This document shows positions 44,286-53,131 of a stretch of 64,000 nucleotides of DNA, piece by piece. Positions within the stretch are counted from its first letter, which is position 1. Each line of letters begins with the position of its first letter. Source of the DNA: a virus. The stretch covers positions 17,608 to 81,607 of IMG/VR virus record IMGVR_UViG_3300021959_000022; one strand, written 5' to 3'. The translations under genes were made by a program, and so were the position numbers. Under the pieces are notes generated by a model. The model did no database searches. It saw only the letters and a list, made by a program, of their open reading frames with translations, and was not told the origin of the DNA.

Positions 44286-45536
44286 ATGACGCTTAAACCA
44301 CCATTAAAACAGCAGATATCCGAGGATCCTACTGCTGATATATCGCCTACTTTCTGCGTGTTACCTTTCATGCATTTGGCAACAAACGCCAGTGGCAAGT
44401 ACAGAGTTTGCTGTAATTCAACACCTGGTAAAAACCATATTGTTGATGAGAACAATGAACCCATGAAATTAGATCAGCACGACATAGAAGAAGTTTGGAA
44501 CCTTCCTTATTATCAAAAAATCAGACAGCAGTTTATTAATGGAGAACGTCCTGAAATTTGCCAGAGATGTTTTTCAGAAGAAGATGCGGGCGTTAAAAGT
44601 GCGAGGCAGAGTTACAACGAATCATGGTACAATGACACCATAGACATCCAAACAGAGTATGCTCATCCTGATATAAGATACATTGATCTAAGACTGGGCA
44701 ATCTGTGTAATTTAAAATGTAGGATGTGCAATCCGTATGCAAGTTCACAGTGGGTGAAAGAATGGAACGATGTCGTTAGCACAGCAGAATTGGTGCCCAA
44801 TGAAAAATTACCCGAAGATGAAATCAAAAGGCTATCCAACATGGACTGGTTTGAAAACAGCAAGGTATGGGATAACATTTCTAAAATTGCTGACTGCATA
44901 GAAGAAATATATCTGACCGGAGGAGAGCCGACACTCGCCACAAAACAATATGACCTGTTCCAATACTTGCAGGACAAGGATTTCGCCAAACACATACGTT
45001 TGAAATACAACACCAATCTTACAAACATTCCGGACAGGATGGTTTGGTACTGGCACTTCTTTAAAATGGTCAAGATAAATGCTTCAATAGATGCTGTTGG
45101 AGATTTGGATAGGTACGTGAGATATCCATCTTCGTGGAACAAGATTGAAGAAAACTTTAAGAAACTGAGAAGACTTAGAAACACCAGACTCCAGATTCAT
45201 TCTACCGTGCAGACTTATAACATCTTAGCACTTCCTAAATTGTATGAATGGTGCGATTCCATCATGTTCGATGATGTGTACTTAAATATTTTAAATCATC
45301 CCAAGTGCTTGAACATAAAAACACTACCTTTAGAGTTGAAAAAATTAGTTGAGGAAAGACTTCAACCATACACAAACAGGCCAAAGGTCAAACAAGTCAT
45401 CCAATACATGTACTCTGAAGATTGGTACGCAACGTACTGGAAGGAGTTTGTTGATTACACAAACGCCCTTGATAAAAGCAGAGGAGAAAATATCTTAGAT
45501 TTAGTTCCTGAGTTCAAGGAGTTCTGGAATGTCTAA
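44286..45536 (+). CDS. Radical SAM protein with N-terminal twitch-like domain (#9)
   Basis: CNLKCRMC, 'LTGGEP'; N-terminal 'FCVLPF...VCC...ICQRCF'; start moved to ATG 44286. Confidence 0.85.
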   Translation: MTLKPPLKQQISEDPTADISPTFCVLPFMHLATNASGKYRVCCNSTPGKNHIVDENNEPMKLDQHDIEEVWNLPYYQKIRQQFINGERPEICQRCFSEEDAGVKSARQSYNESWYNDTIDIQTEYAHPDIRYIDLRLGNLCNLKCRMCNPYASSQWVKEWNDVVSTAELVPNEKLPEDEIKRLSNMDWFENSKVWDNISKIADCIEEIYLTGGEPTLATKQYDLFQYLQDKDFAKHIRLKYNTNLTNIPDRMVWYWHFFKMVKINASIDAVGDLDRYVRYPSSWNKIEENFKKLRRLRNTRLQIHSTVQTYNILALPKLYEWCDSIMFDDVYLNILNHPKCLNIKTLPLELKKLVEERLQPYTNRPKVKQVIQYMYSEDWYATYWKEFVDYTNALDKSRGENILDLVPEFKEFWNV

Positions 45537-46671
45537 CTTGGCAACATCGGAATACGATTTCAGTGCGATTCCGTTTGATGATATCGTTAGTGTTGGACAA
45601 AGGACACTGCTGTACAGAGATATATTTTCTGTGAGTTGGTTGTTGGGGAGATTTTGTAATTACAGATGTTCGTACTGCTGGCCATACGCCAGATCCAACA
45701 CCAAGGACCATAGACCAACTGAGTTGTGTTTACAAACCATCGACGAAATCAAAAGACAGGCCAGGGAAAGATCATTCAATTCATTCCATTTTTCATTGAG
45801 TGGCGGCGAACCAACCTTCCATCCCGGATATCTGGACATAATGAAGCATCTTGCAGATGATGTTTCCAACACCAACTACACATCTGTACACATGACATCC
45901 AATTGTTCAAGGCCGATGAAATGGTTCGAAACATATGTTGATCATGCGTCTAAGTTTCACAGGGCATCCATCACTGCCAGCCTACACGTGGAACACGTCA
46001 ACACTCCCGACCGCATGCAGGACTTCGCCGACAAGTTAATTTACTGTCAAGAACACGATGTGCAAGTCACTATCAATATGGTTATGGTTCCGGAATCATT
46101 TGATCGCTACTATGAAAATGCTTTGTTCTTCCACAACCAAGGCATAAATGTCACACTCAAGCCACAGTCGGACACCACCGCATCTAAGATTGTAGACGGC
46201 TACACGGATGAAATGAAGGAAAAATTATACAACGGCATGCCGCAGAGAGCATTCACTGAAGTTAAAAACAAATATGTCATGAGACCCAAACCCAAATTCC
46301 CTATAGAATCAAAAGAAAACATCACTCACAACACGGAAGTTCCGCAACACTTTCAAGTGGAGTTCCAAGATTCCAAGGGCAAGAAATGGTACATGGACCA
46401 AGCAGAACGATTCAATGCTTTCAATTTTAACAAATTCGAAGGTTGGGAGTGTTCATCTGGATATAGATCAATCATCATAAGGGAACCTGACGGTTCGATA
46501 AAAAGATCTTATTCTTGTGCAGATGTGCCTTTGGGTAACATCGAAACAGGATTCAAGTTGTTCGATGCTCCAATGCCGTGCATAACAAAAAGTTGTGTGA
46601 GTTCAGCGGACAGTAAAATTCCAAAACGGAAAGTCGGTAGCGGAGTTAAATTATACCCTCATTCATCGTGA
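45529..46671 (+). CDS. Radical SAM protein with C-terminal Cys-rich domain (#10)
   Basis: CNYRCSYC, 'LSGGEP'; C-terminal 'WECSSG...SC...LGNI...PCITKSC'. Confidence 0.85.
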   Translation: MSNLATSEYDFSAIPFDDIVSVGQRTLLYRDIFSVSWLLGRFCNYRCSYCWPYARSNTKDHRPTELCLQTIDEIKRQARERSFNSFHFSLSGGEPTFHPGYLDIMKHLADDVSNTNYTSVHMTSNCSRPMKWFETYVDHASKFHRASITASLHVEHVNTPDRMQDFADKLIYCQEHDVQVTINMVMVPESFDRYYENALFFHNQGINVTLKPQSDTTASKIVDGYTDEMKEKLYNGMPQRAFTEVKNKYVMRPKPKFPIESKENITHNTEVPQHFQVEFQDSKGKKWYMDQAERFNAFNFNKFEGWECSSGYRSIIIREPDGSIKRSYSCADVPLGNIETGFKLFDAPMPCITKSCVSSADSKIPKRKVGSGVKLYPHSS

Positions 46672-46940
46672 GGTTCCTCCACAGCAGTCACATTTCTTAA
46701 TGATTGTATCACTTGGTCTCTAAGTTCTATCATATCAATTTTACCTGATTCGATTTCTCTTAGTGCAGTGACCGCCGTGGATCCTTGATCATATTCTTCG
46801 CCGGATAAAACATGATCTGACTGATTGAGTTTTGGTATTCGTCTTGCTCTATGAGCTGCCAAGATGACCGTTTCGAACTTGGAATCGATGCCTTGTTTTT
46901 CGCATGCTCTTAAAACGTCGTTAGCAAATACCCGTGCCAT
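46659..46940 (-). CDS. rpoZ: RNA polymerase omega subunit homolog
   Basis: 'MARV', 'SKFETVILAAHRARRI', 'AVTALREIESGKI' match RpoZ hallmarks. Confidence 0.8.
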   Translation of the reverse strand: MARVFANDVLRACEKQGIDSKFETVILAAHRARRIPKLNQSDHVLSGEEYDQGSTAVTALREIESGKIDMIELRDQVIQSLRNVTAVEEPHDE

Positions 46941-46943
46941 ACG

Positions 46944-47567
46944 TTAGGCCTCTACAGTTTCTTTTTTAGGTCTACCCTTTTTAGGTCTTAGGGTTTCGTC
47001 TAACTTGTAGGCTCTTTCCTTAAGGTCTTCTGCCTGAGCAATCATTCTTTCTGCTCTTGTGAACATATTTTTTGCTTCTATTTTTTGCGGATCGTTCTTT
47101 GGTAAGTTGGCTGCATCCTTTGGTGCTAAGTCTGTGATCTTAACGCCACGTTGATCAGCAATCATCTTGTTTAATTCGTCCAAAGCCATGGTCACATTCG
47201 CTTCTGGAGTCATTATAACATTGTATGTTGGTTGTTTGATCAATAATCCCTTGGCATGAAGATACGCCAATACGGTGGTCGGTCTCGAGTTTGCCACTGC
47301 CACTGGATCTGAAGGATCTGAAGTTGCACCCGGTAAATTTTCACCTGTGATGTCATCTGTTGGCATTGATCTTTGAGCAAGGTAATCGCCAAAGTCGAAC
47401 GCTTCTTGTCCTTCTGGTGATTCCAGGTGTGGTATTATGATGTCTGCCTCGAAAGGTCTGAGTGCATCTCTGTCTAAAACTAAAGATGATTCTGGATCTC
47501 CAGGTATAGTTTTGTATACTACAATTACTTTAGAGTTTAATTTTTTTAAAAAACCTACGTGTTTCAT
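46944..47567 (-). CDS. Hypothetical protein
   Basis: 207 aa; SD AGGAG; basic C-terminus 'KKGRPKK'. Confidence 0.6.
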   Translation of the reverse strand: MKHVGFLKKLNSKVIVVYKTIPGDPESSLVLDRDALRPFEADIIIPHLESPEGQEAFDFGDYLAQRSMPTDDITGENLPGATSDPSDPVAVANSRPTTVLAYLHAKGLLIKQPTYNVIMTPEANVTMALDELNKMIADQRGVKITDLAPKDAANLPKNDPQKIEAKNMFTRAERMIAQAEDLKERAYKLDETLRPKKGRPKKETVEA

Positions 47568-47576
47568 TTGTACTCC

Positions 47577-47873
47577 TTACTTCTTTTCTTCAGCAGGCGC
47601 AGGTGTGTCTTTTGTTTCACCTTCCGCTGGAGCAGGATTTTCTGCTTGTGCTTTGGCATCAACTGCTTTTACGAATTGATCTAACTTATCATATGTTTCA
47701 CCAACTGGTTTGAGTTCGTTTCCTCTGAATGCTCCACGCTGGCTCGCGATGTCAATAATTGTTCTTAGATTTCTTAAGTCTGCAACTGTAAGATTGATAT
47801 CTTGTGTAACTGGTGCATCTGCAGTCTTTTCTGTTTTTGTTTCTGCAACAGGTTGTTTTTTTTCTTCCGGCAT
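47577..47873 (-). CDS. Hypothetical protein
   Basis: 98 aa; SD AAGGAG; core 'LTVADL....IID.ASQRGAF...E...VG..Y'. Confidence 0.6.
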   Translation of the reverse strand: MPEEKKQPVAETKTEKTADAPVTQDINLTVADLRNLRTIIDIASQRGAFRGNELKPVGETYDKLDQFVKAVDAKAQAENPAPAEGETKDTPAPAEEKK

Positions 47874-47911
47874 TTTAGTCTCCTTAATTTAATATTAAAT
47901 TATATACGCAT

Positions 47912-47940
47912 ATTATAGTTATGTATATAGGAATGATCAA
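47912..47940 (-). promoter_or_regulatory. Sigma70-type promoter for the 47873-46659 (rpoZ) unit
   Basis: TTGATC-17 nt-TATAAT on the - strand; 18-bp palindrome at 47885-47902 downstream. Confidence 0.55.
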
Positions 47941-49118
47941 CCGTAATAAACGGTTTGGCCGAAAGGTGGTTTTACTCTGTCATTGGTATGAATGATCCAC
48001 AGTGTATCACAATAGTCAGAATCACCCCAACGATCCCAAGTTTCACCGTCTGTAAAACACACAAGCAGTTGTGGTTTTATTTCATTTTCCTGCATCCATT
48101 TCCAATTTACACTTATATCTGTACCACCGTAACCTTGTGGTTGATAATTGGTAATTGATTTACCATCCCATGATTCGAATGATTCCGGAGCATGAACTTC
48201 TGTGTCGAAACACCATATTTTAATCTTGTAGTCATCAAATTCTTCTGCAATACCATTGATCTCCCCCAAAAAATCTTTGAGCATAGATTCTGATATAGAG
48301 CCTGATGTGTCTATCGAAACACAAATATCTAACTCGTTTTGGACGTCAAGTCCTGGTAGCACTGCATTAGTCGAATACATCTTGCGTGAAGGTCTCATCC
48401 AAGAGTAGTTGTTCTTGATTTGACTTTTTATGGTCTGTCTCAGCATCGATCTCCAGTCCAATTTAGGTTGTGTGATGTCTGTGATCAGTCTTTCTAATCC
48501 TTTAGGAATATTACCAGCACCTGATGATTGTGCCGCCTTGGCAGATTGTAACAGTGAATTTTTTATTTCATCCTTGAGTTGATCTTGTTCTGATTTAGAC
48601 ATCTTGGGCATTTCGATTTTTGTTTCATTACCGTCCTTGTCCTTGATAGTGGCTTCTCCCTTATCCAAGTCGATATGGACATCGAGTGTCTGCTGTTGTT
48701 TCTGCCAATCCGATAGTTTGTCATATATCTGTTCTGCTGACAAACCTCTGTATTGTGGATCCAACAATGGAGCATCATCACCTGTAGGTTTAGATCCAAT
48801 GCCTTCATCGTCAAGTATCTGATTAATTGCATAATCGGCCGCAACATTCCAACCCTGTGGATTTCTGTCACCACGTCTTAGCATGTGTTCAAATGCCACG
48901 TGTAGAACTTCGTGTGCTAATAAGAACTCAACCTGTTTGACATCCAATCGGTCAATGAATTCTGGGGCATACCAAAGATGTCTGCCATCAGTCGCCGCAG
49001 TGCCTATTTCGGGTTTTTCTTTTAGGATAAGTCTTGTGGCCATGTTGCCAAAGAATGGTTTCTTCAGCAACAATGATATTCTGGCTGTTACGATTTTTTC
49101 TTCTTGTGGAGTTCTCAT
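47937..49118 (-). CDS. HExxH metallopeptidase-like plus VWA domain protein (DUF2201-type)
   Basis: 'TAATDG', 'HEVLH', MIDAS 'DTSGS', 'GGTD', 'FTDG'. Confidence 0.8.
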   Translation of the reverse strand: MRTPQEEKIVTARISLLLKKPFFGNMATRLILKEKPEIGTAATDGRHLWYAPEFIDRLDVKQVEFLLAHEVLHVAFEHMLRRGDRNPQGWNVAADYAINQILDDEGIGSKPTGDDAPLLDPQYRGLSAEQIYDKLSDWQKQQQTLDVHIDLDKGEATIKDKDGNETKIEMPKMSKSEQDQLKDEIKNSLLQSAKAAQSSGAGNIPKGLERLITDITQPKLDWRSMLRQTIKSQIKNNYSWMRPSRKMYSTNAVLPGLDVQNELDICVSIDTSGSISESMLKDFLGEINGIAEEFDDYKIKIWCFDTEVHAPESFESWDGKSITNYQPQGYGGTDISVNWKWMQENEIKPQLLVCFTDGETWDRWGDSDYCDTLWIIHTNDRVKPPFGQTVYYG

Positions 49119-50197
49119 TAACCCTCCATACTCGCTACAACATATTTGCCAAACTTCTCATGGAACTTGTTGAATGATTTCAACTTGCTTGGCTTCATTG
49201 GTAGTTTGTATGTGGAAAGAGCAATCTTGGCGCCCATCACAGTCAATTCTGTGTCAAAGTTGTCCATCATAAAGTTAAGGAAACTGTCTGCCATCTTGTC
49301 AAAGTCTTTGTGTTTCTCATTCTCTTTGAGTTCATAGCACATGGACACTGCCAGTGAATACTGTCCTGACACTTCAACTTTCTTGGTCAGTTTCTTAACT
49401 TTGCCGGATAATATGTCTGTTGGGTTGGGAAGGTCAGCCGCAATTTTACGATGAGCCATAAATTTGATGGCTGTACCTTCGCCAACAGCACCTGCAACCA
49501 GATCAGTGAGCGTGTTGTCCGGCAGGTGTTCTGTTAGTAATTGACTCACGAACGACCAAGTTCTTGGTGTGGCAAATGCCTTGGAAGAACCCTTGGGATC
49601 GAAGTCATACAAATCGTTTTTAGCAAATGTGCAGTAACCCACTACATCTGCGTGAATATTATTGAGTGTGGCCCATTCGAACCAATCATCGAAGTCCACT
49701 TTCATTTCAATGTGAACAAAACGATTGGAAAGAGGAGCAGGCATTCTGAATGTCACGCCTCGGTCTGTTTCTCTGTTGCCAGCCGCCACAATTGACACAC
49801 CCTCGGGCAAGTCATATGCACCAACTTTTCTGTTTAATATAAGTTGATAGGCCGCCGCCTGCACAGCCGGAGGTGCCGCATTGATCTCATCCAAGAACAA
49901 TATAGCAGTTGAATCAGGATCCGATGGCAGTTCAATGGGTGGTGCCCATTCCATCTTGTTGGATGTTGAATTGTAGAATGGAATACCCTTGATGTCTGTG
50001 GGTTCCCACAATGGTAATCTGATATCAATCACTTCACGTGACTGTTCGTCTCCAATCTGTTTGACAATATCGGACTTACCAATACCTGGTGCACCCCATA
50101 TCATCACTGGTCTTTTTAGGCTGATACAATGTTGTAGAGCAGATATTGCCTGTTTCGGGCCTATCTGTCTGGTTGTTTCTAATACTTTGTCGCTCAT
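49118..50197 (-). CDS. MoxR-like AAA+ ATPase
   Basis: Walker A 'GAPGIGKS', Walker B 'LFLDE', 'AAGN', 'NRF', 'TPRTW'. Confidence 0.85.
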   Translation of the reverse strand: MSDKVLETTRQIGPKQAISALQHCISLKRPVMIWGAPGIGKSDIVKQIGDEQSREVIDIRLPLWEPTDIKGIPFYNSTSNKMEWAPPIELPSDPDSTAILFLDEINAAPPAVQAAAYQLILNRKVGAYDLPEGVSIVAAGNRETDRGVTFRMPAPLSNRFVHIEMKVDFDDWFEWATLNNIHADVVGYCTFAKNDLYDFDPKGSSKAFATPRTWSFVSQLLTEHLPDNTLTDLVAGAVGEGTAIKFMAHRKIAADLPNPTDILSGKVKKLTKKVEVSGQYSLAVSMCYELKENEKHKDFDKMADSFLNFMMDNFDTELTVMGAKIALSTYKLPMKPSKLKSFNKFHEKFGKYVVASMEG

Positions 50198-50224
50198 CTG
50201 TGTTTACGCTCCTTGTTATAATAT

Positions 50225-50252
50225 ATTGTAACTTCTTACTACAGAGTGTCAA
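50225..50252 (-). promoter_or_regulatory. Sigma70-type promoter
   Basis: TTGACA-16 nt-TACAAT, then SD AAGGAG and ATG 50197. Confidence 0.6.
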
Positions 50253-50285
50253 CCAAACCAAAATTGTTGTAAAATAAGGCTTTTT

Positions 50286-51410
50286 TTACCAGAATTTTTG
50301 GATGAAATTGCTGATTTCTACCGAATCTTGATCATTTCCATACATTTGTGGCATCATGAATCGCTGTACATTCTTGAGGAAATTGTTGGTTCCCTTTTCC
50401 GGATGCACATAAAATATGCCTAATTCGTGATTGTGTTTGTCCTGGATCACATCCAAAACATCGCCACCGTACACAGATTTTTGTTGAATTTTTAATTCTG
50501 TATCGGAAGGAAAGATCATGTATTTTCTATACACACGATTTTGATTTTTGTGTGCGTACCACCCATCGAGATCAGACACCATGGGTTTTGTATGCTGGCT
50601 CACGATCGCCCCCGCGAATAATACAACGATTGTCTTACAACCATTATCACGGAGATTGTCGACAGCATCTTGGAATTGAGTGTGTGAATCAATCAAACAT
50701 ATGTTGTGCCATCCATGATGTTCCAGATTGATTTTGGTGAAGTTCCCCAAGTTGTGCTCCAGTGATTCCACAGAGGAACCAGATTCCATGTCCTTGCAAT
50801 CTATGATCACACCTATCTGATCTTCTGATTTCGCAGAGTGCAAAATATTAGGTCCGATCAACTTGGTCTTGATACGCAATCTTATGCTGGTCCTGTGACC
50901 AACACCCTTGAGGAACATGTGTTGGGTGTTAGGAGAGGATTTAAACATTATGAAATCGTTGGTCATGCACTTGGAATCTAATTGTTTTGTTTTAGATTTC
51001 AACATCAATGTCCTATTCTTGTGAGGCTGTTCTATGTACCACTGCAGGGTGACCACATCGCAGGCATCATTCGAGTTGCCGATGTCAGTGTGCCATCCAT
51101 TCGATCCGTCAGGACCGCAATGGTCCAAAACAACATTGTAGTTGAATCCTTGTTGATATGGCACTGACCAATAATCTAAAATTTTTTTATGGAAACCATG
51201 GTCGAACAGCACCGATAAATCTGTGTTTGATAGATCACCGACACACAAGGTCTTGGTAGTGATGTCTCCCTCTCTGTCATGCTCTGGCAAACTTTCCACG
51301 TCTATGTGATCAACCAATTGGTTGCATGTAGAAATGTCTTTGGCTGACAGGCAATTCCTTACGACTACATGTGGCCATGGATCATCGATTTTTGGTCCAA
51401 ATATTTCCAT
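50286..51410 (-). CDS. 2OG-Fe(II) oxygenase with extra C-terminal domain (similar layout to 33861)
   Basis: 'DPWPHVVVRN', 'WHTD', 'TQHMF', 'RTS'; start set at ATG 51410 (TGATG overlap with the upstream stop). Confidence 0.55.
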   Translation of the reverse strand: MEIFGPKIDDPWPHVVVRNCLSAKDISTCNQLVDHIDVESLPEHDREGDITTKTLCVGDLSNTDLSVLFDHGFHKKILDYWSVPYQQGFNYNVVLDHCGPDGSNGWHTDIGNSNDACDVVTLQWYIEQPHKNRTLMLKSKTKQLDSKCMTNDFIMFKSSPNTQHMFLKGVGHRTSIRLRIKTKLIGPNILHSAKSEDQIGVIIDCKDMESGSSVESLEHNLGNFTKINLEHHGWHNICLIDSHTQFQDAVDNLRDNGCKTIVVLFAGAIVSQHTKPMVSDLDGWYAHKNQNRVYRKYMIFPSDTELKIQQKSVYGGDVLDVIQDKHNHELGIFYVHPEKGTNNFLKNVQRFMMPQMYGNDQDSVEISNFIQKFW

Positions 51411-51754
51411 CACATCTGAAAATTGTCTATGTCGCCATCCAGCATCTGCAGAACCACTGCGGGTTTTTCTGCGAACAGATATATGTATTTCTTGTTCTTG
51501 GGTAGGTAGTAGGGACTCGGACACATCCTATCCAGATTCAGCATCGCTTTCATAGTGATTATTTTGTTTAATCTAATCTTATAGGTCTTGAATTTGGCAT
51601 ACTTCAACAATTGAAAACCTTTGTAGGTTACTTGGAAATGTGCGTCATCCTTTACGAAAGATTTGAACATCATTTTTTTGACCGACTCGGCAGTCATGGA
51701 TATATCACACTGTCTGATGATCAGTTCTGCGAGTTTGGATTTAGTTAATTTCAT
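51410..51754 (-). CDS. Hypothetical protein
   Basis: 114-aa ORF overlapping both neighbours. Confidence 0.55.
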   Translation of the reverse strand: MKLTKSKLAELIIRQCDISMTAESVKKMMFKSFVKDDAHFQVTYKGFQLLKYAKFKTYKIRLNKIITMKAMLNLDRMCPSPYYLPKNKKYIYLFAEKPAVVLQMLDGDIDNFQM

Positions 51755-52037
51755 CTTTAACCTTGTCTCCTGTAGTCAATGCGAAAACTTCGAATTCTTT
51801 GGTTTTAAACATTTCATTTAACTTATGGGCAAGATTATGTGCATGTCCTGGATTGGAAAAAGACACTTTTTTGTATTTTGGTCCAGGATAATTTGATATC
51901 AATGATGATGATTTTAAATTTATAGGTTTACCTTGGTAAAACACTGCCCATATGGCAGTTGCTTCCAAGATCTCCTCAGACTTATAGTTCTTTTTGTTAC
52001 TGTATTGCAGTAAAACTTTGGGTTTGGGTCTACTCAT
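51741..52037 (-). CDS. Hypothetical basic protein
   Basis: 'MSRPKPKVLL...PGPKYKKVSFSNPGHAHNLA'; start set at ATG 52037. Confidence 0.6.
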   Translation of the reverse strand: MSRPKPKVLLQYSNKKNYKSEEILEATAIWAVFYQGKPINLKSSSLISNYPGPKYKKVSFSNPGHAHNLAHKLNEMFKTKEFEVFALTTGDKVKDEIN

Positions 52038-52053
52038 ATTATATGAGTATTTA
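52031..52053 (-). promoter_or_regulatory. Late promoter core TAAATA plus 19-bp palindrome over the start codon
   Basis: TACTCATAT-T-ATATGAGTA (52031-52049); TAAATA on the - strand at 52053-52048. Confidence 0.5.
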
Positions 52054-52073
52054 TCTTGATTTAAGACCAAATA

Positions 52074-52685
52074 TTAGGACGTTTTGGGTCTATGGGTTAT
52101 TTCCCAAACATAATCTCCCATTGTTGTGTAATTAGATGAGCGCCATTTTTGTAACCATCTATATGCTTTAGTTGATTCAAATTGAGCGTCTTTAGTATGG
52201 GGTATAAATGGCGCATACCCTATTATTATTTTTCCATTAGATTTTAAAAATTCTAATAAGTTCTTTACCAAGTAAAGAGTTTCGTCATACTGCATTTCCT
52301 CTAATTGGAATAAATCGAAAGCCTGCCATAGTATTAAATTAAATTTAGTGTTGTTAGTTTCTTGTTGTAATTTGTCAAACATACTTTTATTGATTTTTCT
52401 ATTTTTATCATTCAAGGGAATCAAATAATGAAAATGTAATCTTGGGTGATTAAAATAACTAAGAATTTCATCATATCTTATAGAAAATTCTGTTGGTGAA
52501 TAATTTTTATCATCACAGGACACAACTTTATGACCATAATCTTTGAGTATTTTGCTAAGGCATCCTATACCGCATCCTAATTCAAGTATATATTTTTTAT
52601 CCCCTACGTGCAGATTTAAGTCATGAATCGTATCATTTGCCCAAGACAATTTTTCATTGATTAAGTTTATGATATATTGCACCAA
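52074..52685 (-). CDS. Class I SAM-dependent methyltransferase, AT-rich
   Basis: 'ILELGCGIG', 'VVSCD', 'LKSNGKIII'. Confidence 0.7.
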   Translation of the reverse strand: MVQYIINLINEKLSWANDTIHDLNLHVGDKKYILELGCGIGCLSKILKDYGHKVVSCDDKNYSPTEFSIRYDEILSYFNHPRLHFHYLIPLNDKNRKINKSMFDKLQQETNNTKFNLILWQAFDLFQLEEMQYDETLYLVKNLLEFLKSNGKIIIGYAPFIPHTKDAQFESTKAYRWLQKWRSSNYTTMGDYVWEITHRPKTS

Positions 52686-52907
52686 TTATTTAAGAAAATA
52701 ATTTTTTAAGTCTTCGTATGTGCCTATGTATGCATCTTCTAAGAAGATTTGCGGAACTGTTTTGGCATTTGGCACCGCTTCTAATAATTGCTCACGAGTC
52801 CAGCCTTGGCCGATGTTTCTTTCTTCGAATTGGATACCTTTTTGCTTTAATAAGTTCTTGGCCATGTCACAGTACCAACAACCGGGTTTAGTCCATACTA
52901 TGTTCAT
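52686..52907 (-). CDS. Glutaredoxin
   Basis: 'KPGCWYC', 'TVPQIF', 'YIG.Y.DL'. Confidence 0.9.
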   Translation of the reverse strand: MNIVWTKPGCWYCDMAKNLLKQKGIQFEERNIGQGWTREQLLEAVPNAKTVPQIFLEDAYIGTYEDLKNYFLK

Positions 52908-53131
52908 TAAAAATCACCTCCGTCCATACTTATGTCAGTCGTTGGTGTTGAAGAAGATGATCTATTGGCTTGTAGTTCTGCCAACAGTAACAACAAAGAA
53001 GTAAGTCCGTTCCTTACTCTTTTTGCGTGTTCTATGTCTATGGTGAGATTTTTCTGTCTCGAATTGTCCGCTTTGTTAATTGTGTCTATAAAGTTCTTGA
53101 TGTGCAGTGTGTCGTTAATCTTTGTTGACAT
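52907..53131 (-). CDS. Hypothetical protein
   Basis: 74-aa ORF ending 'MDGGDF', coupled to glutaredoxin. Confidence 0.55.
   Translation of the reverse strand: MSTKINDTLHIKNFIDTINKADNSRQKNLTIDIEHAKRVRNGLTSLLLLLAELQANRSSSSTPTTDISMDGGDF

Noticed and set aside
46600-46700. Rho-independent terminator at the convergent junction
   Set aside because: The two genes overlap by 13 bp and no GC-rich hairpin with a U-tract is visible.
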